Position numbers and translations under genes: made by a program
NCBI GenBank assembly: GCA_963779755.1
Contig: CAVZZO010000001.1
Location: 96,001 to 160,000, forward strand
DNA length: 64,000 nucleotides
Direction: 5' to 3'
Source of the DNA: an uncultured Gemmatimonadales bacterium
Lineage (GTDB): Bacteria > Gemmatimonadota > Gemmatimonadetes > Gemmatimonadales > GWC2-71-9
Shown here: positions 47,242-57,235 of the stretch, in pieces
How the letters are laid out: the number at the start of each line of letters is the position of its first letter
How positions within the stretch are numbered: position 1 is the first letter of the stretch
Notes under the pieces: generated by a model
Seen by the model: the letters and a program-made list of their open reading frames with translations, nothing else
What the model was told of the DNA's origin: nothing
Database searches by the model: none

Positions 47242-48537
47242 TCAGCTCCGTTCCAGCACCATCGCAAAGCCCATCCCCCCCTGGGCGCAGATGGAGATGA
47301 GCCCGAACTGGACGTCCTTCCGGACCATCTGATTGGCCAGCGTGGTCACCAGCCGGCCCCCGGTGGCGCCGAAGGGGTGCCCGATGGCGATAGAGCCGCC
47401 CATGAGGTTGGTGCGGTCCCAGTCCACCTCGCCCACGGGCTCGCTACGGCCCAGTTTGCGAGCCCAGTCCCGGGAGGCCCAGGCCTGCTCGTTGGACAGC
47501 ACCTGGGCGGCGAACGCCTCGTGGATTTCCACCAGTCCCAGCTCGCCCCAGGTAATGCCCGCGCGGTCCAGCGCCGTGGGAACGGCATAGGCGGGGCCCA
47601 TCAACAGCTGCCAGCCGGGATCGACCGCCGCCACGGCGTAGCTGCGGATATAGGCCAGCGGCCGGAGCCCCAGCGCCTGCGCTTTTTCTTCCGCCATCAG
47701 CAACACGGCCGAGGCCCCGTCGGTGAGCGGCGAAGAGTTCCCGGCGGTGACGGTGCCGTATTTCCGGTCGAACACCGGCCGCAGCCGGGCCAGCTGCTCC
47801 AACGAAGTGTCGGCCCGGATACCGTTGTCGCTGGTGGTCACCTCGGTCATGTCGCGGCCCCCGAACCAGGGCGCGATCTCGGCGGTGAGCCGCCCGTCGG
47901 CGGTGGCGGCCGCGGCCCGCTGGTGGCTCATCAGCGCGTAGCGATCCTGCGCTTCGCGCGAGATGTGGTTTTCCTTAGCCATCTTCTCGGCCGATTGCCC
48001 CATGGTCTCGCCGGTAGACGGCTCGGCGATGGCGGGTGTCACCGGCACCAGATGGCGGGGGCGGATCTTGCCGAAGGCCGAGAGCCGCGCGCCCAGGGTC
48101 TTGGCCTTGCCCGCTTCCATCAGGACGCGGCTCATCGCCCGCGAATGAAGAATGGGAATATCGGAGAGCGATTCGACACCGCCCGCGAGGATGACATCGG
48201 CGTTGCCCAGCACGATCTGGTCGTGGCCGTTGGTGACCGCGCTCGCGCCCGACGCGCAGGCCCGGTTGAGGGTGTAGGCCGGCACCGATGGAGGTAGCTG
48301 GGGCAGCAGGCTCACCTCGCGGGCCACGTTGGGCGTCAGCACGGAGGGAACCACCTGGCCCCAGATGACCTCGTCGATTTCGGCGCCGTCCACGCCGGTG
48401 CGCAACAGCAGCTCGCGCGCGGCATAGCGCGCCAGCTCGACGCCGGGGGCGTCCTGCAAGACCGTCCCGCTCCTGGCAAAGGGAGTACGAACGCCCGCGA
48501 TAATGGCGGCGCGGCGTCCGGGAGGAGGCTTGAGCAT
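47242..48537 (-). CDS. fadI: Acetyl-CoA C-acyltransferase (thiolase)
   Basis: RTPF, NRACASG, NSSPLTDGA, HEAFA, GHPFGATG and CAQGGMG. Confidence 0.92.
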   Translation of the reverse strand: MLKPPPGRRAAIIAGVRTPFARSGTVLQDAPGVELARYAARELLLRTGVDGAEIDEVIWGQVVPSVLTPNVAREVSLLPQLPPSVPAYTLNRACASGASAVTNGHDQIVLGNADVILAGGVESLSDIPILHSRAMSRVLMEAGKAKTLGARLSAFGKIRPRHLVPVTPAIAEPSTGETMGQSAEKMAKENHISREAQDRYALMSHQRAAAATADGRLTAEIAPWFGGRDMTEVTTSDNGIRADTSLEQLARLRPVFDRKYGTVTAGNSSPLTDGASAVLLMAEEKAQALGLRPLAYIRSYAVAAVDPGWQLLMGPAYAVPTALDRAGITWGELGLVEIHEAFAAQVLSNEQAWASRDWARKLGRSEPVGEVDWDRTNLMGGSIAIGHPFGATGGRLVTTLANQMVRKDVQFGLISICAQGGMGFAMVLERS

Positions 48538-48541
48538 GCTG

Positions 48542-49117
48542 TTAAGTTCTCACAGCGTGGGAGCCGGGCGCGGCACCGGGATCGGCGCGTTCCGCTACCA
48601 CGGCCGCGACCGCGCGCCATCGCTCCGCATCCACCGGCTCGAACACTTCCCGCCCGTGGAAGATCTCCAGCGGTGCGACCAGCGAAGCGAGTTCGCCCGG
48701 GTGCAGCAGGTGATCGTCGCTGACCGGCCCCCAGCCGAAGTCGCGCTGGGTAACCAGGAAGGTCTCCATCATGAGCAGCCCTCCCGGCGCAACGCAGTCG
48801 ATGATCTGCGGCATGCGCGCACGGTCAAGATAATTGAACACCAGAACCGCATCAAAAATCCCGAGCTCCGGCCACGGCTTTGCGAGGTCTGCCTGGCGCC
48901 AGTCGATCTCAAACCCGGCGGCGGTGGCATGCGACCGCCCCAGCTCCAGCCGGGACGGGTCGCTGTCGACCGCGACCACGCGGGCTCCCCGCTGCGCCGC
49001 CGCCAGCGCGTGGCGGCCTTCGCCGCAGGCAAGATCCAGCAGCCGCATGCCCGGCTGGATCAGAAACTCGTGCCAGGCATACCAGGTGCTGGGGCGCGGC
49101 AGGGGAGGAGGGAGCAC
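48542..49117 (-). CDS. Class I SAM-dependent methyltransferase (TehB-like)
   Basis: LLDLACGEGRH, VAVD, ADL, FNYLDR and PGGLL. Confidence 0.88.
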   Translation of the reverse strand: MLPPPLPRPSTWYAWHEFLIQPGMRLLDLACGEGRHALAAAQRGARVVAVDSDPSRLELGRSHATAAGFEIDWRQADLAKPWPELGIFDAVLVFNYLDRARMPQIIDCVAPGGLLMMETFLVTQRDFGWGPVSDDHLLHPGELASLVAPLEIFHGREVFEPVDAERWRAVAAVVAERADPGAAPGSHAVRT

Positions 49118-49123
49118 GGGACA

Positions 49124-50749
49124 GTGACCTCGCTACGAGCGACGCTGAAGGACCTGAAAGGGCGCCCCGCCGACCTTCTGGTGATCGGGGGCGGCGCCAC
49201 GGGCGCGGGCATCGCCCGCGATGCGGCCATGCGCGGCCTGCGTACGGTGCTGGTGGAGCAGAACGATCTCGCCTTCGGCACCAGCTCGCGCTCCAGCAGG
49301 CTGATCCACGGGGGACTGCGCTATCTGGAACAAGGCGACCTCCGGCTGGTGTTCGAGGCCAGCCATGAGCGCCGTATTCTGCTCGATACGGCGCCGCACC
49401 TGGTGCGGCCCATGGGGTTCCTCTTCCCGGTCCACCGCCAGGGCCGCGGGTTTTTCCTGCGGCTGGCCGCGGGCATGTGGCTGTATGACGCGCTGGCGCT
49501 GTTCCGGAATGTGCGGGGGCACCGGATGTTGGGCAAGCGTGCGGCACTGCAGGCCGAGCCGGCCCTGCGCGCGCGGGATCTCATCGGTGCCGCGCGCTAC
49601 TACGACGCGCAGTGCGACGATGCCCGCCTGGTCGTGGCCACCGCGCGCAGCGCCCAGATGCACGGCGCCCTGATCGCCACCTACACCCGGGTGGAACAGC
49701 TGGAAGTGGTGGACGCGCGCGTCCGCGGCGCCCGGGTGGAGGACCGCCTGAGCGGCGAACGCGGGCTGGTCCGGGCCCTCACGGTGGTGAACGCCACCGG
49801 CCCCTGGACGGATTACGTCCGGCGGCTCGAGTTTCCCCATGCCGAGCCCCTGCTCCGGCCCACCAAGGGCGCCCACGTGGTGGTCCCCCGCGAGCGCCTG
49901 GGCAACCGTGAGGCCCTCACCATCACCAGCCCGATCGACGGCCGGATCATGTTCGTGCTCCCTTGGGGCGGCCTGTCCATCATCGGGACCACCGACACCG
50001 ACAGCGGGGTGAGCCCCGACAGCGTGGCCGTCGATATCTCCGACACGGTATACCTGCTGCGGTCCGCCAATGCCTATTTCCCCAACGCCCGGCTCACCGA
50101 GAGCGACATCCTGGCCACCTGGGCCGGCCTGCGGCCTCTCCTGGCCGGAGGCAGCAAGCCGGCGTCGCAAGTCTCGCGGGAGCACCGCATTCTCCAGGGT
50201 CCCTCGGGCATGTGGACCATCGCCGGCGGGAAGCTCACGACTTATCGCCGCATGGCCCAGGAGATGGTCGACCGGGTGGCGCACGAACTGCGGCACACGT
50301 TCGGGATGAAAACGCCGCTGGGGCCCTGCCGCACCGACCGCGAACCGCTGCCGGGCGGTGAGGCCCGCGACCTCGGACCCTTCCGCCAGACGGGGCTCGA
50401 ACTGGGGCTCGACCCGCGAACGGTCGACCACATCGTGGCGCACTTCGGCACCGAAGCCGCCGCGGTGTACAACCTGATCCGGGAGGATCGCGCCCTGCGG
50501 GCGCCGGTGCACCCCGACCACCCCGCCCTGGGCGCCGAGATCGTCCACAGCGTCCGGCGGGAGCTGCCCCAGACCGTAGCCGACATGCTGGTCCGCCGCC
50601 TCCACCTGTATTACGAGACGCCGGATCACGGAGCCGCCGCCGCGGAACCGGCGGCGGCCCTCATGGCCGCCGACCTGGGCTGGAGCCCGGAAGAGACCCG
50701 CGCGCATGCGGAGCGATACCGGGCGTTTCTCCAGCAGGGACACCCCTGA
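49124..50749 (+). CDS. glpD: FAD-dependent glycerol-3-phosphate dehydrogenase
   Basis: IGGGATG, GTSSRSSRLIHGGLRYL, NATGPW, GTTD, SREH and GGKLTTYR. Confidence 0.93.
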   Translation: MTSLRATLKDLKGRPADLLVIGGGATGAGIARDAAMRGLRTVLVEQNDLAFGTSSRSSRLIHGGLRYLEQGDLRLVFEASHERRILLDTAPHLVRPMGFLFPVHRQGRGFFLRLAAGMWLYDALALFRNVRGHRMLGKRAALQAEPALRARDLIGAARYYDAQCDDARLVVATARSAQMHGALIATYTRVEQLEVVDARVRGARVEDRLSGERGLVRALTVVNATGPWTDYVRRLEFPHAEPLLRPTKGAHVVVPRERLGNREALTITSPIDGRIMFVLPWGGLSIIGTTDTDSGVSPDSVAVDISDTVYLLRSANAYFPNARLTESDILATWAGLRPLLAGGSKPASQVSREHRILQGPSGMWTIAGGKLTTYRRMAQEMVDRVAHELRHTFGMKTPLGPCRTDREPLPGGEARDLGPFRQTGLELGLDPRTVDHIVAHFGTEAAAVYNLIREDRALRAPVHPDHPALGAEIVHSVRRELPQTVADMLVRRLHLYYETPDHGAAAAEPAAALMAADLGWSPEETRAHAERYRAFLQQGHP

Positions 50750-51561
50750 TGCTGGCGCTGAGCTGGCTGTTTCTCGTCGGCGCGGCGCTGGGCGCCTACG
50801 GCACGCTCATCGGGGCGGGCGGCGCGTTCGTGCTGGTGCCCTTTCTCCTGCTGGTCTATCCCCACGAACCGCCGGAGGTCATCGCCAGCATCTCGCTGGC
50901 GGTGGTCTTCGCCAATGCCGGCAGCGGCACCGTCGCGTATGCCAGGATGGGCCGGGTGGACTACCGCTCCGGACTGATGTTCGCGGCCGCGACTATCCCC
51001 GGCGCCATCGTGGGCGCCCTGCTCACCGCCTCCATTCCGCGCCACCTGTTCGACGCGGTGCTGGGCGCACTGATGGGCGGCATCGGCGGCTGGCTGCTGA
51101 TCCGCCCCGAGGGCAACCGGAACGGCGCCCCCCGGCATCCCGGCTCGATGGTCCGGGTCGTCACCGAACGCGACGGCACCACTCACCGCTACGCCTTCCG
51201 GCCCTGGGTCGGCATCAGCTTGAGCCTGCTGGTGGGACTGGTCTCCAGCAGCCTCGGCATTGGCGGCGGGATCATTCACGTCGCGGTACTCACCCAGTTG
51301 CTCGATTTCCCGGTGCATATCGCCACCGCCACCTCACACTTCACCATCGCCATCATGGCGCTGACCGGTACCATCGTGCACATCGCCACCGGCAGCTTCC
51401 ATCAGGGGTGGCACCGCACGGTATGGCTCGCGGCGGGAGCCCTGGTGGGAGCCCAGGCCGGCGCGCGTCTCTCCGCCCGCATCCACGGCGCCTGGATCAT
51501 CCGCGGGCTGGCGCTGGCGCTGCTGGTGGTGGGAGTGCGACTGGTGTGGGGGGCGTTCTGA
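50749..51561 (+). CDS. TauE/SafE family membrane protein
   Basis: GTLIGAGG..LVP and LGIGGGII..ATATS duplicated motif; multiple TM segments. Confidence 0.9.
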   Translation: MLALSWLFLVGAALGAYGTLIGAGGAFVLVPFLLLVYPHEPPEVIASISLAVVFANAGSGTVAYARMGRVDYRSGLMFAAATIPGAIVGALLTASIPRHLFDAVLGALMGGIGGWLLIRPEGNRNGAPRHPGSMVRVVTERDGTTHRYAFRPWVGISLSLLVGLVSSSLGIGGGIIHVAVLTQLLDFPVHIATATSHFTIAIMALTGTIVHIATGSFHQGWHRTVWLAAGALVGAQAGARLSARIHGAWIIRGLALALLVVGVRLVWGAF

Positions 51562-51642
51562 GAGAGAAAAGAGGAAAGGACTGAGGACTGAGGATCGAGG
51601 GCAGAACGGAAGGTTCCGGCCGCGGGAGACCGGCCGGGTTCC

Positions 51643-52332
51643 CTACAGCACCGTCAACGTAAAGTCCACCGTGCCGTTGAGTCCCGCGCCCGGGAGGGTG
51701 GCCCGGACCACCACCGTTCCCGGGGTCGGGCCCAGGGTGACCTGGCAACTGATTCGGCCGTTGCTCCCCGAGATCGGAGAATCGATCGTGAGGCTGGCCT
51801 CGCCGCTCTCGACCGACCAGTTCACCACGGCGCCGGGAAAAGGGTTGTTGAACTCGTCGCCCACGAGCACCGTCAGCGTCTGCGGCAGCGTGGAGCCAGG
51901 CTGCCCGGACTGCCCGTCACCCGAGACATAGGAAAGCTGAAAGGCAAAATTGGGATAGGCATTGGCCCGATAGGTCACCGGTGAACCTTGCGCCCCGTCC
52001 AGTGCGGCCTGGGCCGTCCAGTCGCCGGACACCCTGCCCAGGGTCCAGCGGCTGACTGCGATGCCTGAATCGTCCGTGACGCTGCTGGCCGGGCTCATCA
52101 CTCCCTGGCCGACGGCCTGCCATTGCACCTCGAGTCCCGGGGCGGGCCGGCCGTCCTCCAGTACCGCCACCCGGAGTAGTTGGGGCAGGGTGTGCCCCAC
52201 CGACCAGCTCTGACTGTCGCCGCTGGCGGCCGGCTTCATCATGGTCAGGACACCCCGGGGCGCCGTTCCTCCCCCCGGGCCGCCACATCCGGCAAGCACC
52301 GCCGCCGCCAGTACCATGGAAGACCATCGCAT
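51643..52332 (-). CDS. Lipoprotein with two Ig-like domains
   Basis: AGGAG RBS, lipobox LAGC, two SGD.QS...TLPQ.L.V.V repeats. Confidence 0.8.
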   Translation of the reverse strand: MRWSSMVLAAAVLAGCGGPGGGTAPRGVLTMMKPAASGDSQSWSVGHTLPQLLRVAVLEDGRPAPGLEVQWQAVGQGVMSPASSVTDDSGIAVSRWTLGRVSGDWTAQAALDGAQGSPVTYRANAYPNFAFQLSYVSGDGQSGQPGSTLPQTLTVLVGDEFNNPFPGAVVNWSVESGEASLTIDSPISGSNGRISCQVTLGPTPGTVVVRATLPGAGLNGTVDFTLTVL

Positions 52333-52490
52333 GCCGTCGCTCCTGGAGCCGTTTACCCCGGGGCCCATTCGTTCCGCCATCCTACAGGACGCCTGAGGGC
52401 CACCCGGTTTCACCGCCAACCCGCTGGCTGGCATGCCATTATCTTCCCACCGTGTGCGGTTTATCACCCTGCTGCGAGGTGGAGTAGTCT

Positions 52491-55400
52491 GTGGACCCGA
52501 ATGTGTTCGACACGGCGAACGCCGGCTTTGCCCAGGCGCTGTACGAGGAATTTCTCCGCGACCCGCAGGCGGTCAGCCCCGAATGGCGCCGCCTGTTCGA
52601 AAGCGGGGTCGTAGGCGAACGTCCCCCCGCGCCCTCCAGTGGCAACGGCGCCGGCCGGCCGGTGTCGGGAGACGGTGCCGGCCCCGGTATGCCCGAAACG
52701 ACCCCCGGGCCGGAGCCCATCAAGGGACCGGCGGCCCGCCTGGCCGCCAACATGAACGAGAGCCTGGGAATCCCGACCGCCACCACCTTCCGCCGGCTTC
52801 CGGTAGCGGTGCTGGAGCGGCGGCGGCGGGAATTGAACGACGCCCTCCGCGCCGCCGGCCGCCCGGAAAAGATCTCCTTCACGCATCTCATCGGATTCGC
52901 CCTGGTCCAGGCCGGGCGGCGGCACCCGGTCATGGGAACGTCGTTCCGGGATATTGACGGCGCGCCGCACCGGATGGTTCCAGACGGCGTGCACCTGGGC
53001 CTGGCGGTGGATGTGGAGCGGAAGGACGGCAGCCGGGGCCTGGTGGTGCCGGTGATCCGGGATGCCGGTAACCTCGATTTCGCCGCTTTCCATGCGGCCT
53101 ACGAATCGCTGGTAGAGAAGGCGCGGAACAACCGGCTGATGCCGGATGCATTCGTGGGGGCCAATATCACGCTGACCAACCCGGGCGGGCTCGGCACGGT
53201 GGCCTCGGTGCCGCGGCTCATGCCGGGGCAGGGCACCATCGTCGCCGTCGGCTCGATCGCCTGGCCGCCGGAGTTTGCCGATACGCCGCCCGAAACGCGG
53301 CGGCAGCTGGGCCTCGCCAAGGTAATGACGATGACCAGCACCTACGACCACCGCGTCATTCAGGGCGCGGAGTCGGGCGAATTCCTGCGCACGCTGGACG
53401 GGCTGCTCCAGGGCGGGGAAGGGTTCTACGAGGAGATCTTCGAGAGCCTGGGGCTGCCGGCCCCGGGGCCGCAGATCCGGACTTCCTACGTTGAACAGCC
53501 GGCCCCGGGCACCGCGCCCGCGCAGCCGGTGCCGGCCGACCGGCTGACGCAGGTGGCGGCGGCCATGGCCCTGGTGAAGGCCTACCGCACCCATGGGCAC
53601 CTGGCGGCCCGGCTCGACCCGCTCGACAGCGAACCGCCGGGCGACCCGGCGCTCGATCCCGCCATCCTGGGGCTGACGCCGGAGATCATGGCGGCAATCC
53701 CGGCCGACGTGCTGCGGGTGGCGGTCCCCGGCCGGACCCTGGCGGAGGTGCTGCCGCATCTGCAGGCCACCTACTGCGGCACCATCGCTTATGAGATCGA
53801 GCACATCTCCAACCACGAAGAGCGGGTCTGGCTGCGGCAGATGATCGAGTCGGGCGCGTTCCGCCAGCCGCTGCCGCCCGAGGAGCAGGAGCGCCTGCTG
53901 GGCCGTCTCACCGTGGTGGAGGCGTTCGAGCGCTTTCTGCACAAGGCCTACCTGGGGCAGAAGCGCTTTTCGATCGAAGGCGTGGACATGATGGTTCCCA
54001 TGCTGGACCGCATGATCGAGCGTTCGGCCGAGGCGGGGGCGCGGCATGTGGTGATCGGCATGGCGCACCGCGGACGCCTCAATGTCCTCGCCCATACCGT
54101 CGGCCGGCCCTACCAGACCATCTTCGCCGAGTTCGAGGGGGGCCACGCCTCGGAGGCCACCTGGGACGACGGGACCGGCGACGTCAAGTACCATCTGGGT
54201 GCTGAAGGCGCCTACCCCACCGCCACCGGGCGGGCGGTGACGGTCACGTTGTCGCCCAACCCCAGCCACCTGGAGTACGTGGCGCCGGTGGTGGACGGCC
54301 GCGCCCGGGCAGAGCAGACGCAGCGGCGGGGGAACGAGGCGCTGCACGATCCGTCGGTCTCGCTCCCGGTGGTGATCCACGGCGACGCCGCCTTCGCGGC
54401 CCAGGGCGTGGTGGCCGAGACGCTCAACCTGGGCTGCCTCCAGGCATACGCCACCGGCGGAACGGTACACCTGATCGCCAACAACCAGATCGGGTTCACC
54501 ACCGACATGAAAGACGCCCGCTCCACCCGCTATGCCAGCGATCTGGCCAAAGGGTTCGACATTCCGATCGTCCACGTGAACGGCGACGATCCCGAGGCCT
54601 GCCTCAGCGCCGTCCGTTTTGCCATGGCCTACCGCGAGCGCTGGCGGCAGGACGTGCTGATCGACCTGGTCGGCTACCGGCGGCACGGACACAACGAGGG
54701 CGACGAGCCGAGCTATACCCAGCCGCTCATGTACGCCGTCATCCGCGAGCATCCCACGGTGCGGGAGCGCTACGCGGCGGTGCTGGCCGAGCGCGGCGTG
54801 CGTTCGATCGAGGAAGCGCAAGCGCAGTACGACGCCGCCTACCAGCGCCTCTCGGAACTGCAGCAGTCGTACAAGTCGGGCCGGACGAGCGGCGCCCAGG
54901 AACAACCCAAGCCGCGGCCGACGGCGATGGATACCGAGACGGCGGTGGAGGCCGGTGCTCTGGATTCGCTCAACCAGCAGTTGCTGACCTGGCCGGAGGA
55001 CTTTGCTCCGCACCCGAAGCTCAAGCGGCAGCTGGAACGGCGGCGCGGCGCGCTGGGGCCGGACGGCGGCATCGACTGGGGCCATGCCGAGGCGCTGGCG
55101 CTGGGATCCCTGCTGCTGGAGGGTGTGCCGATCCGATTCACCGGCCAGGATACGGAGCGGGGGACGTTCAGCCAGCGCCACCTGGTGCTGCACGACGTGA
55201 ACACCGGCGCCGTCTACACCCCCCTGAAGCACCTCTCGGGGGCACTGGCCCCGCTGGAACTGCACAACAGCCCGCTCTCCGAGCTGGCCGCGCTGGGTTT
55301 CGAGTACGGCTACAGCGCCGCGGCGCCGGAGGCGCTGGTGCTCTGGGAGGCGCAGTTCGGCGATTTCATCAACGGCGCCCAGGTCGTGGTCGACCAGTTC

Positions 55401-56138
55401 ATCAGCTCCGGCCTGTCCAAGTGGGGGACCACCACCCGGCTCACGCTGCTGCTGCCGCACGGATACGAGGGACAGGGGCCGGAACACTCGAGTGCCCGGC
55501 TGGAACGCTTCCTCCAGTTGGCGGCCGAGGGAAACATCCGGGTGGCCAACTGCACCACGCCGGCCCAGTACTTCCACCTGCTGCGCCGCCAGGGCCGCGC
55601 CACCCGCTACCGGCCGCTGATCGTCATGACCCCCAAGAGCCTGTTACGTCTGCCGCAGGCGGCCTCGCGGCTGGAAGACCTGACCCAGGGCGCCTTCCGG
55701 CCGGTGCTGGACGATCCGCACTATCAGACAGACCCCGCCGGGGTTTCCCGTGTGGTACTCTGCAGCGGCAAGATCTACTACGATCTCCTGGCGCAGGCCG
55801 AGAAGCTGGAGCAGCGGCCGGCCCTCGTTCGCCTGGAACAGCTCTACACCTTCCCCGCGCCCGAATTGCGTCATATCCTCGAGCGCTACACCGGGCTGAC
55901 CCAGCTGGTCTGGGCCCAGGAGGAGCCCCGGAACATGGGCGCCTGGAATTATCTCCAGGATAAGCTGCGGGATGTCATGCCGAAGGATGTCACGCTGCAA
56001 TTCGTGGGGCGGCCCGAGCGGGCCAGTCCGGCCGAGGGGTATCCGGCCGCCCATGCGGCCGAGCAGCGGAGGATTGTGGAGGGGGCCCTGACCGCGGCGG
56101 CGGCCGCACCGCGCCGCAGCCGGAAGGTCAGGGCCTGA
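52491..56138 (+). CDS. kgd: Multifunctional 2-oxoglutarate dehydrogenase E1 with fused acyltransferase domain (Kgd/OdhA type)
   Basis: N-terminal E2-like domain (TYDHRVIQGAESG), then GMAHRGRLN, DVKYHLG, HGDAAF, WEAQFGDF and LPHGYEGQGPEHSSAR. Confidence 0.93.
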   Translation: MDPNVFDTANAGFAQALYEEFLRDPQAVSPEWRRLFESGVVGERPPAPSSGNGAGRPVSGDGAGPGMPETTPGPEPIKGPAARLAANMNESLGIPTATTFRRLPVAVLERRRRELNDALRAAGRPEKISFTHLIGFALVQAGRRHPVMGTSFRDIDGAPHRMVPDGVHLGLAVDVERKDGSRGLVVPVIRDAGNLDFAAFHAAYESLVEKARNNRLMPDAFVGANITLTNPGGLGTVASVPRLMPGQGTIVAVGSIAWPPEFADTPPETRRQLGLAKVMTMTSTYDHRVIQGAESGEFLRTLDGLLQGGEGFYEEIFESLGLPAPGPQIRTSYVEQPAPGTAPAQPVPADRLTQVAAAMALVKAYRTHGHLAARLDPLDSEPPGDPALDPAILGLTPEIMAAIPADVLRVAVPGRTLAEVLPHLQATYCGTIAYEIEHISNHEERVWLRQMIESGAFRQPLPPEEQERLLGRLTVVEAFERFLHKAYLGQKRFSIEGVDMMVPMLDRMIERSAEAGARHVVIGMAHRGRLNVLAHTVGRPYQTIFAEFEGGHASEATWDDGTGDVKYHLGAEGAYPTATGRAVTVTLSPNPSHLEYVAPVVDGRARAEQTQRRGNEALHDPSVSLPVVIHGDAAFAAQGVVAETLNLGCLQAYATGGTVHLIANNQIGFTTDMKDARSTRYASDLAKGFDIPIVHVNGDDPEACLSAVRFAMAYRERWRQDVLIDLVGYRRHGHNEGDEPSYTQPLMYAVIREHPTVRERYAAVLAERGVRSIEEAQAQYDAAYQRLSELQQSYKSGRTSGAQEQPKPRPTAMDTETAVEAGALDSLNQQLLTWPEDFAPHPKLKRQLERRRGALGPDGGIDWGHAEALALGSLLLEGVPIRFTGQDTERGTFSQRHLVLHDVNTGAVYTPLKHLSGALAPLELHNSPLSELAALGFEYGYSAAAPEALVLWEAQFGDFINGAQVVVDQFISSGLSKWGTTTRLTLLLPHGYEGQGPEHSSARLERFLQLAAEGNIRVANCTTPAQYFHLLRRQGRATRYRPLIVMTPKSLLRLPQAASRLEDLTQGAFRPVLDDPHYQTDPAGVSRVVLCSGKIYYDLLAQAEKLEQRPALVRLEQLYTFPAPELRHILERYTGLTQLVWAQEEPRNMGAWNYLQDKLRDVMPKDVTLQFVGRPERASPAEGYPAAHAAEQRRIVEGALTAAAAAPRRSRKVRA

Positions 56139-56151
56139 TCGGCTGCGAGCC

Positions 56152-56556
56152 TCAGGACTCGAGCAGCGGACGTTCCGACGCCTGGCGGGCCAGAGTCTTC
56201 AACGGCTCTGAAAGATGCTCGCCATAATGCAGCAGAAATACCCCGCGGGAGCGGGCCTGCAGCAGAAACGCCAGCAGGGGCGAATCGGCCTTGGCCGCGT
56301 TACAGGGCGTGCAGGCCAGCACCAGATTGTCCGGCCGGTCGTAGGCGCTCTGGCCTCGACGGGGACGCACATGATCGAGCGTGATGAATTCGGGACTGGT
56401 GCGTTTGCCGCAATACGCGCAAACAGGGCCATGCAACTGAAGTAGCCACTCGCGGTGGGACTGCAGGGAACGTCCGGGAGATCGGTGGAAGGAAGTTGAT
56501 TTTACTGCGTGTCCGTTGGTGCGCGACCGTTTGCCGCGCGGTGTTCGTCTTTGCAC
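56152..56556 (-). CDS. HNH endonuclease
   Basis: CAYC...TLDHVRP...NLVLACTPCNAAK. Confidence 0.85.
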   Translation of the reverse strand: MQRRTPRGKRSRTNGHAVKSTSFHRSPGRSLQSHREWLLQLHGPVCAYCGKRTSPEFITLDHVRPRRGQSAYDRPDNLVLACTPCNAAKADSPLLAFLLQARSRGVFLLHYGEHLSEPLKTLARQASERPLLES

Positions 56557-56647
56557 TACAAGCTCTTATAAGAGTTGAACTTATGGCCCAGGCGCCCGCT
56601 GGCGTCCTGGCCGTGGATACTGCAATCTAAGCTGCCGGGGCCCCCGA

Positions 56648-57142
56648 ATGGAAGCAGATCACCCAGAGGACGCTCCCCGCTACCCCCTGACCGTCCCTCT
56701 CGAACCTGCCCAGCGGACGGCCCTGACTGAACGCTGGAATCAGTTGCTGCCCATGCGGCACCTGGGTGCCCGGGGCGATTTCAGCGATCCCGAGGCCGTC
56801 CGGGTGTTCATTGATCCGGTCCAGGATTTTCATCGCGGGGGGCTGGGCACCAGCGCCGTGAACGGCGCCGTGATCGCCGGGTTGTGCGATGCCGCCGTCG
56901 GCATGGTGGGGCACGTACACACGCAGGGGCGCCGGGGAGGAACGGTCCAGCTCAACGTGGTGTTTCTCCGCCCCGTGATGGGCAACCGGGTGACGGCGAT
57001 CGGACGGCTCATCCGGGCCGGCGCCAACCTGATCTTCGTGGCCGTCGAGGTGGAGGACGAACGCGGGGTGGTTTGCGCCCGCTGCGACGGCATCCTGGCC
57101 ATCTCCCCTCGTCCGGCCCGGGAGGCCGAGGTGGCCCTGTAG
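56648..57142 (+). CDS. PaaI family thioesterase (hotdog fold)
   Basis: VNGAVIAGLCD and TVQLNVVFLRP. Confidence 0.85.
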   Translation: MEADHPEDAPRYPLTVPLEPAQRTALTERWNQLLPMRHLGARGDFSDPEAVRVFIDPVQDFHRGGLGTSAVNGAVIAGLCDAAVGMVGHVHTQGRRGGTVQLNVVFLRPVMGNRVTAIGRLIRAGANLIFVAVEVEDERGVVCARCDGILAISPRPAREAEVAL

Positions 57143-57235
57143 TCCGCAGCCTGCACGGAGTTCGCGGCCCGGCTCGGGTATTTCTCCTGACCCGGATTTC
57201 TCCCTGTGCAGCATTCCTCTGAAGGGAGGGAACGT

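Noticed and set aside
56152..56556. IscB/Cas9-like RNA-guided nuclease
   Set aside because: Only 134 aa, no RuvC motifs and no room for an associated ncRNA or array.
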